Origin: Thermoproteota archaeon | GTDB lineage: Archaea; Korarchaeota; JAOZGF01; JAOZFZ01 | Assembly: GCA_027492035.1 (NCBI GenBank) | Contig: JAOZFT010000007.1 | Location: 39,042 to 103,041, forward strand | Direction: 5' to 3' | DNA length: 64,000 nt | In this document: one piece after another, positions 49,669 through 59,286 of the stretch | Position numbering within the stretch: position 1 is the stretch's first letter | How the letters are laid out: each line of letters starts with the position of its first letter | Program-made: the position numbers and the translations under genes | The notes under the pieces: generated by a model | Databases searched by the model: none | Told to the model about the DNA's origin: nothing | What the model saw: the letters and a program-made list of their open reading frames with translations, nothing else

Positions 49669-51444
49669 TTAAATTGTTAGTAAAGTTTTGAAAAACTCAA
49701 AACCTTCTTCTGTATTTAAAATTGTCCATTTCAGCTTGTTTTGAGTGAAAAGGTTGAAGAGTTGCGAAATTTGTGGGGGTTCAATGCTTACCTTCTTTAA
49801 CAGAAACGAATTCGCGAAAACTTTTCTTGGTTCATTATCCAGCATTACCTCCCCTTTATTTAGTAAAATTACTCTTTGACAGTACTCTGCAACTAAGCTT
49901 ATTTCATGAGTTATGACAATGATTGTCTTTCCTTCCTTATTTAGTTTTTTGTAAAGGTTCATCATTTTTAAACTTGTTAAGTAATCCTGTCCAGTAGTGG
50001 GTTCATCAACTATTAGTATCTTTGGTTTCATGGTCAACACAGAAGCTACAGCCACTTTTTGTTTTTCTCCCCTGCTGAGGTAGAAGGGGTTCTTGTTCAG
50101 TAAAGGTTTAAGTTTTAAAGCTTCAACTACTTCATTCACTCTTTCATTTATTTCTCCTTCCTTTAAACCTAGATTCCGTGGCCCAAGTGCCAATTCTTCC
50201 TTCACTGTACGAGAAAGAAGCTGATTGTTGGGGTTTTGGAAGACATAACCTACCTTTGTTGAAAGAAAAGAAACGGTGGTTTTGGTGGTGTCCACTCCAT
50301 CCACATAAACTTTTCCCTTTGTAGGTTTAAGTAGACCATTAATTAATTTAGCAAGGGTTGTTTTGCCTGAACCATTTTGTCCTATTAAGCCTATGAATTC
50401 CCCTTCTCTTATTTCTAAATTTATGTTTTTTAAGGCTTCTACCCCTTTAGGGTAGGTGAAACTCAGGTTTTCAATAGTGACTACTTTCTTCCTGGAGGTT
50501 TCTTTTAAATCACTCCTTTCCTTTAATAAATGCTTTAACCAGGTTTCTTTTCTCGCCAATATTTTTTCTGGAACAACTTCTTTCTTTTTTAATTCTTCCT
50601 TTATTAATTTATAGGCTGCATCGACTGTTAAGGGAAGTTTTTCTTCAGTTATTAAGTTTTCTTTTTTCAGTTTATGAATTAGAATAGTTACTTGAGGTAC
50701 TTTTACACTGTACTGAAGCATTTCCTCCACATCATTCAAAACTTCACAAGGTTTCCCTTCCCTTTTCAATTTTCCACCATGAATAACCAAAATCTTGTCA
50801 GCTAAAGGAGCTATTTCTTCTAGCCTATGCTCCACTATTACCAATGTGCCCTTTCTCTCTTTGACCATTTTATTGATTAAGTTAAGAATTCTTTTTTTCC
50901 CGGCAGGGTCTAAGTTAGAGGTTGGTTCATCTAGAACAAAGATCTCTGGTTGCATTGTTAAAATAGAAGCTAAAGCTACTGCTTGCTGTTCCCCATACGA
51001 GAGAAAGTGAGGGTTCCTTCTCTCATACCCTTCCAACCCTGTAGAAAATGAAACTTCCTTTATCCTCTTAATTATTTCTTCCCTTGGAACCCCCAAGTTC
51101 TCAGGTCCAAAAGCCAGTTCTTCTTTTACAGTTGGTGTAACAAGTTGGCTTGAGGGATCTTGGAAAAGGAAACCAATGAATCCTGAAAAGAAACCAGGGT
51201 CATATATTTTTGTGTTATACCCTTTAGTTATAACTTCTCCTTCAAATTTTCCGTTAAAGAAGTGGGGAATTAAGCCATTAATTAATCTGCAAATAGTAGT
51301 TTTTCCAGCTCCACTGGGGCCTGTTATTAAAACAATTTCACCCTTTTTAACATTAAATGACAGATTTTTTAGAGCTGGTTCATTACTTCCTTGGTAAGTA
51401 TAAGTTACATTTCTAACTTGAACGTAACACCTTTCTTCATTCAC
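49669..51444 (-). CDS. ECF transporter fused double ATPase (EcfA-A')
   Basis: GPSGAGKTT, FQDP, LDEPT; GQNGSGKTT, FQNP, LSRGEKQ, DEPTTGQD. Confidence 0.9.
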   Translation of the reverse strand: MNEERCYVQVRNVTYTYQGSNEPALKNLSFNVKKGEIVLITGPSGAGKTTICRLINGLIPHFFNGKFEGEVITKGYNTKIYDPGFFSGFIGFLFQDPSSQLVTPTVKEELAFGPENLGVPREEIIKRIKEVSFSTGLEGYERRNPHFLSYGEQQAVALASILTMQPEIFVLDEPTSNLDPAGKKRILNLINKMVKERKGTLVIVEHRLEEIAPLADKILVIHGGKLKREGKPCEVLNDVEEMLQYSVKVPQVTILIHKLKKENLITEEKLPLTVDAAYKLIKEELKKKEVVPEKILARKETWLKHLLKERSDLKETSRKKVVTIENLSFTYPKGVEALKNINLEIREGEFIGLIGQNGSGKTTLAKLINGLLKPTKGKVYVDGVDTTKTTVSFLSTKVGYVFQNPNNQLLSRTVKEELALGPRNLGLKEGEINERVNEVVEALKLKPLLNKNPFYLSRGEKQKVAVASVLTMKPKILIVDEPTTGQDYLTSLKMMNLYKKLNKEGKTIIVITHEISLVAEYCQRVILLNKGEVMLDNEPRKVFANSFLLKKVSIEPPQISQLFNLFTQNKLKWTILNTEEGFEFFKTLLTI

Positions 51445-51646
51445 TGCTTCATTTTCTGAAATATTTTTTGAGAAAATCTCTTTTCACCCAGTTATCTCTT
51501 TCAAATAGAGTTTTTATGAAATTCAGTAAGGGAGTGATGTGGTTTCCTGATTCATCTAAAAATTTTCCTTTTTTATTTTTTTAAGAAGTTTTCTTTCAAG
51601 GATAGGTATTTACTACCGTTTTTAATGGGTTTGTGGCAAAGGATAA

Positions 51647-52125
51647 AGAGAAAAGAATAAAGCTAAAGATTTTATCTATAAATTAATATCTTCCCTTACT
51701 AAAAAGTTTGGCAGGTATGTCCATGGATTTTAGGATTTAGACAAAACTTCTGTGTTTATCGAATCGAAAGTTCATAATAGAAATGTTGCTAAAAGCAACT
51801 GGAAACAGATACAGAAGTACGTGGCTTATGAGAGTTCAGTAAAAAGTACTTAATCCAAAGAACTCTGTGAAGAGGTGTCCCAGAGGTGGGACGGTGAATG
51901 CTCCGAAAGAATAACTCGTCAATACAAGAAATGTGGATTTAAAGTAAATAGGCGATTAAATGCACCCATAAATTTATATCTTGAAATGGAGGATTCTCTC
52001 CATCCCTAGAACTTTTTTAATGAACTGATGAGAGGACTGAAGAGGTTAACTCTGCCAGGGAGTAAGGTTGATGAATTACCCCAATGAATTGAGAAAGGGA
52101 TTAAAATAATGAACACCAACGAGGT
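51647..52125 (+). mobile_element. tnpB: Degenerate, 5'-truncated tnpB (IS200/IS605 family) remnant
   Basis: Translates across stops and frameshifts as REKNKAKDFIYKL...HGF*DL...HNRNVAKSNWKQIQKYVAY / LNPKNSVKRCPRGG / KCGFKVNRRLNAPINL. Confidence 0.75.
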
Positions 52126-52157
52126 AACATCAAGGAGGTATATCATTTAAGTAATGT

Positions 52158-53711
52158 TTAAGTGTATTTTCGAGAACCCCTTGACCTTGCAATTAACGCC
52201 TGAACCCTAGCTTTTACCTTTTCTTCGTTTTTTCCTTCAATTACTAAATTAACTAACTTGTTTAAGGTTTCTAAATTGTTTCTTATTTTTATTTCGATTT
52301 CATTCGTTTTCTTTTTTTCAACAGAAATTTCTTTTTTCCTGTGTTCAATCATTCTTCGGACTTCTTCAGGTGCAGGGCCTCCAGTTACTTTCCTTAACTC
52401 AACTGAAGTTTTTGGGTTCAATGCCTCCCTTATTTCGTTAGACGAAACCATCCTTTTTGTTTTTAATCTTTTTCCTAACTGAAGAGAAACTTCTTCAACT
52501 AATTTTTCACTTTTCATACTTGCAAGGTTACCATGTTTTCTAATTAGTTCCTTCACTAAAAGATAGGCTTGCCTAAAAGAAACCCCCCTACTCACTAGTA
52601 AATTAATTAGTTCAGTGGAGGTTACGTTGCTTTGCTCAGTTACTTTAAGCATTCTTTCTTTATTCACTTGCACAGTTTTCATCAATTCAGAAGTTATTTT
52701 AAGGGTTGATTCCACTATTTCCAAGGCTTTAAACAGGGAGAGTTTAGTTTCCTGCATGTCTCTGCTATAACCGGAAGGTAAATCCTTCAAAATACTTAGG
52801 TTTTGGAAAAGGTAACCATAGATTCTGCCTGTCTTTCCCCTGATTAATTCTGCGATGTCAGGGTTCCTTTTTTGAGGCATTAAGCTACTTCCAGTGGTGA
52901 ATAGGTCACCTAATTTTATAAAGCCGAATTCAAACGTTGAAAAAAGGATAAGTTCTGAAGCTAACCTGCTTAAACTCGTCATCAATAAACTTAAGACACA
53001 TAATGCTTCTGTTTCTATTTCTCCACGGGAACTAATCACGTCTAAAGTATTTTCTTGGATTTTAGAAAAACCTAAAAGTGAAGCTGTTAACTCTCTATCG
53101 AGGGGGAGTGCTGCACCTGAAACTGCAGCTGCACCTAAAGGGTTTAAGTTTACTCTTTTTAGGACTTCATTTAATCTATTGATTGAACGAAATAGAGTAT
53201 CTACATAGCTTAAACACCAATGAGCAAACGTTGATGGTTGAGCAGGCTGTAAATGAGTGTAAGCAGGCATAATCGTTGAAACATTTTCTTCAGCTTGTCT
53301 CAAAAACACATTCATTAACTTTATTACTAAATTGATTATTTTTAAGATTTCGTCACGTAGGTACATTCTTATGTCAGTTAAAACTTGGTCGTTCCTAGAC
53401 CTGCCGAACTGAATCATTCCCCCAACTTCTAAACCTGAATCTTTTATGATAAATGCTTCGATGTTCATGTGTACATCCTCAAATTCTTCCTTAAGCTTAA
53501 ACTTTCCCTCCCTGCTCAGTTTTTCTATTTTGTTCAGGGAAATCAAAATTTTCCTTAATTTTGTGTACCTTAGTAACCCCTTAAACCAAAGCATTAAATT
53601 ATGTGATTTTAGAGTAAGTACATCATACTTTACAAGCTTTTCATCGCACCAGAGGTCCTCCCTACAGGCATACTCCCGAATAAGCTTCTCTAAATTAAAA
53701 GACAACTCCAA
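52158..53711 (-). CDS. argH: Argininosuccinate lyase
   Basis: EDVHMNIE, GRSRNDQV, YTHLQPAQP, TGSSLMPQKRNPD; adjacent to argG. Confidence 0.92.
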   Translation of the reverse strand: MELSFNLEKLIREYACREDLWCDEKLVKYDVLTLKSHNLMLWFKGLLRYTKLRKILISLNKIEKLSREGKFKLKEEFEDVHMNIEAFIIKDSGLEVGGMIQFGRSRNDQVLTDIRMYLRDEILKIINLVIKLMNVFLRQAEENVSTIMPAYTHLQPAQPSTFAHWCLSYVDTLFRSINRLNEVLKRVNLNPLGAAAVSGAALPLDRELTASLLGFSKIQENTLDVISSRGEIETEALCVLSLLMTSLSRLASELILFSTFEFGFIKLGDLFTTGSSLMPQKRNPDIAELIRGKTGRIYGYLFQNLSILKDLPSGYSRDMQETKLSLFKALEIVESTLKITSELMKTVQVNKERMLKVTEQSNVTSTELINLLVSRGVSFRQAYLLVKELIRKHGNLASMKSEKLVEEVSLQLGKRLKTKRMVSSNEIREALNPKTSVELRKVTGGPAPEEVRRMIEHRKKEISVEKKKTNEIEIKIRNNLETLNKLVNLVIEGKNEEKVKARVQALIARSRGSRKYT

Positions 53712-53874
53712 TGCACCTATTTTTAAAGTGAAAAATCAACTTAATTGAACCTAGAGAAACCCCAGGAAATAAAAAAGACTTATTTCTTTCAAAATTTTTT
53801 GTTAGGGGTGGTAATGGAAAAGAGGGCAGCAGGGCTTCTTAGTTCTTTAAAGGATAAATAGGGTTTGTAAAAAG

Positions 53875-55113
53875 TTAAAGAGTAATTTGAACTGCTTCTT
53901 TCCTTTTTGAAACTAACCTAGACATTTTTGACTGTAGCCCCCATAATTTAATGAACCCCTTTGAAAGTTTCTGGTCGAAAGTTGAGATTTCCTCATACGT
54001 CGCCAAATTCAAGTCATACAGGGCGTACTCTGATTTTCTCCCAACAACCATGGAGTGCCCTTTGTAAAGCTTCATTTTAACTTCTCCGGTAACTTTTTCA
54101 TTTACTGAATCGATGAAAGCATCCAAATCCTTTTTTAAAGGGTCAATCCATAACCCAGCATAAACAAGGAACGCCCACTCCTTATCCACTGTTTCTTTAA
54201 ACAATACTTCATGTCTTGTTGAAACATATTTCTCCAAGTCTTTATGTGCCTTTATTATTATTGTAGCTGCTGGACATTCATAAACTTCCCTTGATTTCAA
54301 ACCAACTATCCTGTCCTCCATATGATCTATTCTTCCAACGCCGTGTTTCCCCCCTATTTCGTTCAGTTCCATTATAAGTTCAACCTCGTTCATTTCTTCA
54401 TCATTCAAAGCTGTGGGTATGCCTTTTTCAAAAGTTAACTTTATTGTTTCAGATTTATCCTCTGCCTCTTCAGGTTTTTTAGTCCACTCATATATCTCTT
54501 CAGGAGGTTCAACGTCTGGTTTTTCAAGGATTCCACATTCAATGGATCTCCCCCAAAGATTAGCGTCTATACTGTATGGTGAAGAGACATCCACAGGTAT
54601 AGGTATCCCTTTCTTTTTAGCATACTCTATTTCTTGTATTCTTGTCATACCCCACTCAACTACTGGAGAAATAACCTTTATTTCAGGGTTTAAAGTTTCG
54701 ATGGTGATGTTGAATCTAACTTGGTCATTCCCTTTCCCTGTACACCCATGCGCTATGGCATCAGCTTCTTCTTTCTCAGCTATTTTTACACCCCAATTAG
54801 CTATTAGAGGCCTTGACAAAGAGGAGCTTAGAGGGTACTCCCCTTCATATAATGCATTAGCTTTAATTGCATGGTTCACATAGTTTTTAACGAATTCCTC
54901 CCTAGCGTCTATTGTGTAATGAGCCACTGCCCCAAGTTGTTTACTTTTCTCCTCTATTTCCTTAAAGTTCTTTTTCTGTCCCACATCAAGTGTAACAGTT
55001 ACCAGTTCACAGTTATATGTTTCCTGCAGCCATTTCAACATACAGGAAGTGTCAAGGCCGCCGGAGTAAAGTAAGACACATTTACTTATTTCCTTTGCCA
55101 ATTTGGTTTTCAC
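53875..55113 (-). CDS. argG: Argininosuccinate synthase
   Basis: YSGGLDTS, HGCTGKGNDQVRF, SIDANLWGRSIECG, KSREVYE. Confidence 0.95.
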   Translation of the reverse strand: MKTKLAKEISKCVLLYSGGLDTSCMLKWLQETYNCELVTVTLDVGQKKNFKEIEEKSKQLGAVAHYTIDAREEFVKNYVNHAIKANALYEGEYPLSSSLSRPLIANWGVKIAEKEEADAIAHGCTGKGNDQVRFNITIETLNPEIKVISPVVEWGMTRIQEIEYAKKKGIPIPVDVSSPYSIDANLWGRSIECGILEKPDVEPPEEIYEWTKKPEEAEDKSETIKLTFEKGIPTALNDEEMNEVELIMELNEIGGKHGVGRIDHMEDRIVGLKSREVYECPAATIIIKAHKDLEKYVSTRHEVLFKETVDKEWAFLVYAGLWIDPLKKDLDAFIDSVNEKVTGEVKMKLYKGHSMVVGRKSEYALYDLNLATYEEISTFDQKLSKGFIKLWGLQSKMSRLVSKRKEAVQITL

Positions 55114-55310
55114 CTTAAGAAATTTATCATAAAGAGAAATTCCTAGCTTGAACGTTTAAGAGTAGTTGTAGAAGCGTTCCGCTACCAGAAACTTTTTATT
55201 TCTAACGTATCAAAGAGAACAAGGAGAACTAATTGATGTTCTAACTGTAACTCTTAGCCTAATATTTGCTCTAAAAACAGACGAGGAAAGTAATAATGGC
55301 CATAACATGT

Positions 55311-56108
55311 TTAGGGTTTAAATTTTGAACTTCCAGCTCTTCTCAAGTCTATAATTAATTTCTCGATTAAACTATAAGCCTTTAACGCATCTTCCCTATT
55401 TAAAATAAAAATTGTATCAGTGTGGCATGAAATAATTTGTGTAATGTTTACGTTGTTGTTTGCTAAGACTTCTGTGATAAAAGAAATAACTCCAGGGGTT
55501 TCAATGATTGTTTCAGGACTGGAGAGTAGAATAGCGGATTGATTACCCAGTAAAACCCTGATTTCAGTTGAGTTGAAGAGTTTTTTCAAGTTTCTAATAC
55601 TTTTCACATCAACAATCAATGTGAAAGTGTCTATTCCTTGAGTTAACTGGAAAAACCTGTACTTTTCCAGGTTAGCGTAGATTTTTGATAAATTTCTGAG
55701 AAATGCTGTTTGGTCAACAGTTAAAACTGTTAAATCGTTTTTTAACTCTAAAACGCTTTCAGCAATTACTGACACAACCTTTTTCTCTAAAAAAATCAAA
55801 GAATTCCTCAATTCTTCACTATACCTTACAATAGCCATTTTAATCGAGTCTAAATTAATTTTTTTCAACCCTAAGGCTTCAGATATTTCCCTTTTCAGAT
55901 GTTCGGCTAAGGCTGTGTAGTTTACAATTCCCATTTTCAAGCAATCAGCAATGAAGGGATGAGTGTCAATTATTCTTCTAGTTGCTTCAGCAATGCTTAT
56001 TTTACCTTTCCTTACTTTCTTTTTCAACTTTAAACCCGCTATCCTCCTTAATTTAAAAAATGAAACCGTCTCACAAAAAGTCTCATGGGGGCAGAAGCGT
56101 GAATTCAT
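55311..56108 (-). CDS. Archaeal ACT-domain regulatory protein (likely start TTG near 56027)
   Basis: N-terminal helical IVNYTALA...AIVRY region; C-terminal ACT-like TPGVIS...NITQIISCHTDT; GGAGG RBS near 56045. Confidence 0.75.
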   Translation of the reverse strand: MNSRFCPHETFCETVSFFKLRRIAGLKLKKKVRKGKISIAEATRRIIDTHPFIADCLKMGIVNYTALAEHLKREISEALGLKKINLDSIKMAIVRYSEELRNSLIFLEKKVVSVIAESVLELKNDLTVLTVDQTAFLRNLSKIYANLEKYRFFQLTQGIDTFTLIVDVKSIRNLKKLFNSTEIRVLLGNQSAILLSSPETIIETPGVISFITEVLANNNVNITQIISCHTDTIFILNREDALKAYSLIEKLIIDLRRAGSSKFKP

Positions 56109-56532
56109 AATAAAAACCTGACTCGGTTACGTAATTATTGTTAACCACATTTTTTATTGAAAAAGGTACTTTCCAAGTCTGTTTATGAGAAATAGGCACA
56201 TCTACGTCTGAGACAGTGATCATCCATTGCAATGTCCGCGATTCTCCAGGTTTCAAATTCTTTATATCAAAATATGTGGAATCCATCGTTACATTTTCAG
56301 GAAGTTCAAAATCTTGTAGAACAACCTCATCTAGTTCAATTTCTCCCTTGTTTTTCACGTCTAAGGAGTAACTTAAATGGATGGTTCTGTCTTCAGCGCC
56401 AACAATTTTAACCTTTACATTTTTCAATTCAATAGACTCCTTTGGGAGAGGCACCTTTACTTGACCCATGCAACCGCTAATAAATAATAGTGTCGCGACA
56501 AGAAAGAAAACCAAGAAAAACTTCTTATACAT
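56083..56532 (-). CDS. Putative lipoprotein with an Ig-like/CARDB-like beta domain
   Basis: Signal peptide with lipobox ISGC; VKNKG...LKPGES. Confidence 0.6.
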   Translation of the reverse strand: MYKKFFLVFFLVATLLFISGCMGQVKVPLPKESIELKNVKVKIVGAEDRTIHLSYSLDVKNKGEIELDEVVLQDFELPENVTMDSTYFDIKNLKPGESRTLQWMITVSDVDVPISHKQTWKVPFSIKNVVNNNYVTESGFYYEFTLLPP

Positions 56533-56921
56533 AATTCACAACCTCTTTTGAACCTTTTTCGAAAAAGGAAGGGAAAAGTATGTATTTAAAAATTTTCCTT
56601 TTCTGTTAAATTTAAAATTGATCTAAAGGGAGGAGAAGTGAGTAAGAGGGGAGGGCTTCAGTTTATCACTTGAATTTTTCGAAATGTTAGGAATAAGTAT
56701 TGGAAGGGTTTATGTTAAGGGTCAGCTCCGGTATACTTAGTGGATTCATGCCACACATACCGTTACTTGCAACTTTTTATTCTTTTACCTCCATAATTTC
56801 ATGTTGAACAAAGGCCTCTGTACCAAGTTAAAGAAATCAGCAGCAACAGTTTCAATAGATTCCGGCTTTAAAAAATCATTTATTTTTAAAACTAGTTTAA
56901 AATTAGCTTGGGGAAAAGGGA

Positions 56922-57479
56922 ATGAATAATAGGAAAAAGTATAAGGTGGGAGTGATAGGTTCTTCTGCAAATGAAGTTTCTGAGGAAGATATTGAGAAAG
57001 TTAAGGAAATAGGTTTAACAATTGCTAGAGAAAAATGTTTCCTTTTAAGCGGTGCCTCTTTCGGTCTTCCTTATGAAGCAGTTAAAGCTGCTAAAAAAGC
57101 AGGAGGTTTCACAGTGGGTATTTCTCCAGCTTCAAACTTGAGAGAACACGTTGAAAAATATAAATTCCCAGTTGAATACTTTGACTTAATTGTCTTTACA
57201 GGTTTCGGGTTTAAGGGTAGAAACGTGGTTTTTGTGAGGAGTTGTGATGCAGTGATTATGGTTTCAGGCAGAACAGGCACCTTAAACGAATTCACGATAG
57301 CTTTTGATGAAAATAGAGTTATAGGGGTTTTAGAAAGTTCAAGAGGAGTAACGAAACTGGTTAAAGAAATAGTTAGGAATGCTTCTAAGAAAGGGGGGCC
57401 AATAATTTATTCATCGAATCCAAAAGAATTAGTGAAGAAGGTGAAAAACCACTTAGATTACCTAAACTCTACAGTTTAA
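56922..57479 (+). CDS. LOG/SLOG-family Rossmann-fold nucleotide-binding protein
   Basis: VGVIGS, SGA..G, VGISP, GRN, GRTGTLNE. Confidence 0.8.
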   Translation: MNNRKKYKVGVIGSSANEVSEEDIEKVKEIGLTIAREKCFLLSGASFGLPYEAVKAAKKAGGFTVGISPASNLREHVEKYKFPVEYFDLIVFTGFGFKGRNVVFVRSCDAVIMVSGRTGTLNEFTIAFDENRVIGVLESSRGVTKLVKEIVRNASKKGGPIIYSSNPKELVKKVKNHLDYLNSTV

Positions 57480-57589
57480 ACCCTTTTATTGAAGGAGAAA
57501 GTTTTGGTTAGGAGGAATTTTTAGAAAAACATATTTATTTATAAAAACTTACATGGACACTTTCCCCTAATCAGGGCTTTATAAGGTGG

Positions 57590-57889
57590 TTGAGTTTAGA
57601 AATGAAGATAAGTGAAATTAGGAATGGAATGAGAAATATTTCAGTTCAAGGAGTTATTTCTGAAAAAGGAGAAGAAAGAAACGTTATGACTCGGTACGGA
57701 AGAAGAAGAGTAGCTGATGCAGTAATAAAAGATGATTCAGGAGAGATGAAGCTAACCCTTTGGGAGGATCAAATAGACAATATAGAGGAAGGAGATAAAG
57801 TTGAAATAACAGGGGCTTATGTAAGAGAATTCAGAAATAACCTTTATTTAAATGTACCGAGAAGCGGGGAAATAAAAAAAATAGAATAA
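57590..57889 (+). CDS. Single-OB-fold ssDNA-binding protein (SSB/RPA-like)
   Basis: KISEI..GM.N...VADAVIKDDSGEMKLTLW...GDKVEI..AYV..F. Confidence 0.85.
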   Translation: MSLEMKISEIRNGMRNISVQGVISEKGEERNVMTRYGRRRVADAVIKDDSGEMKLTLWEDQIDNIEEGDKVEITGAYVREFRNNLYLNVPRSGEIKKIE

Positions 57890-57907
57890 AATAAGCAAGT
57901 TTGCCAT

Positions 57908-58168
57908 TTATATTCGTGAATACCTACTTAAACTCCACTTGCCTTGAAAGGAGTCTGAGGGTTCCAGTACTTGTTAGATTGGTTTCTCCATTCTGTCTGG
58001 AACCTTCTCACGAAATAGGGCAGTGCATTAGTTCAGAAATGAAAAAAGGCTTTATTTTTAAGTAAAAGCCTTTAACCCTTCCTCTGCTGCTTGTTGAGCA
58101 TTGAAGACAGCGTCAGAGTAATCTGACTTAACTAAGGAATCTTCCCTTCTTTGAAAATATTTCAACAA
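57908..58168 (-). pseudogene. HEPN-domain gene remnant
   Basis: Minus strand reads DYSDAVFNAQQAAEEGLKAF* (HEPN helix motif F.AQQAAEK.LKA); WSLSRY fragment downstream; stops and frameshifts. Confidence 0.55.
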
Positions 58169-58339
58169 CTCAAAAAATTCTTTACAACATCCAAATATTT
58201 TCCGGAATTGTATGAACAAGAAAAAGACAATTGAACAATATTTTAAAGGATTACTTGTTTAAATTTAAAAGGAGGCATCTATTCATGTAGAAAGAGTTTA
58301 TGTTGTAAAAGAGGCGGGAAAACAGGGTGAAGTAGAAAA

Positions 58340-59260
58340 ATGAAGTTTCACCTTTTCACCCTAGGTTGCCACAGGAAAATTTTTGTTTTAACTCTTATTT
58401 TTGTTTTAACAATTTCTTGTGCAGGATGTCTAGGACAAAGGAAACCGAAACATTTACCTACTGCTACGCCAACATCTTCCATTCCTGCAAAACAAGGTAA
58501 ACCATCACCTTCCACCACTCCCTTCACTACCTCCCCAACCATATACCCAAGTCCGTCAACAACCCCCACGCCTAACTTTAAAGCTTCGAACTTTACCTTG
58601 AAAGGAATTCCCTACATTTACCATAAACCAAAGAACTGGAACAAAGAAACCATAATTTTTGTGCATGGACTGGGAAAAAGCAAAGAAGTTTGGGTTAGAG
58701 ATATGGAAGAATTTGAAAAATTAGGTTACGGAACTTTCGCCTTCGACCTGCCTTTTCATGGAGAAAGAGGAAATTTTATAGGGGCTGAACAGCTTCCAGA
58801 ACTTGTAAAGGAAGGATCTGACGAAGTAGTTAAAATTGCAGATTTCCTTAGAAGTGACGGTGCCGGAAAGGTTTATTTAGTTTCAAGAAGTCTTGGAAGT
58901 ATAGTTTCAGAGGTGGCTTTAGGCAAAGGAGCAAAAATAGATAAAGCTGAGTTGCTGCTTGCTTCAGCTAACCTGAAATACATTTTCACACATGGAAATA
59001 TTAATGAAAAACCCTCTTGGCTAAACAACCAAGAAATTTTGGATGAGATAGATCCCCTTTATTTTTTACCTAAATATGGTGGAGGAATTCATTTCCATTG
59101 CGGTAAACACGATAAACTCCTCACACCTGAAGCATGCGAATTCGCTTACAATGCAGCTACTTCAGTTATTGAGAAAAAACTTTTTTGGCACGATACTGGA
59201 CACTCTATGCCTTTAAATGAGTACTTTCCGGAAGCTGCGAAATATTTTAAAGCTTCATGA
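58340..59260 (+). CDS. Lipoprotein alpha/beta hydrolase with Pro/Thr/Ser linker
   Basis: CAGCLG lipobox; VHGLG, FDLPFHGER, nucleophile elbow SRSLG, HDKLL, GHSM. Confidence 0.75.
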   Translation: MKFHLFTLGCHRKIFVLTLIFVLTISCAGCLGQRKPKHLPTATPTSSIPAKQGKPSPSTTPFTTSPTIYPSPSTTPTPNFKASNFTLKGIPYIYHKPKNWNKETIIFVHGLGKSKEVWVRDMEEFEKLGYGTFAFDLPFHGERGNFIGAEQLPELVKEGSDEVVKIADFLRSDGAGKVYLVSRSLGSIVSEVALGKGAKIDKAELLLASANLKYIFTHGNINEKPSWLNNQEILDEIDPLYFLPKYGGGIHFHCGKHDKLLTPEACEFAYNAATSVIEKKLFWHDTGHSMPLNEYFPEAAKYFKAS

Positions 59261-59286
59261 AAAAATGGAAGAAAGAAAGTGATTGT

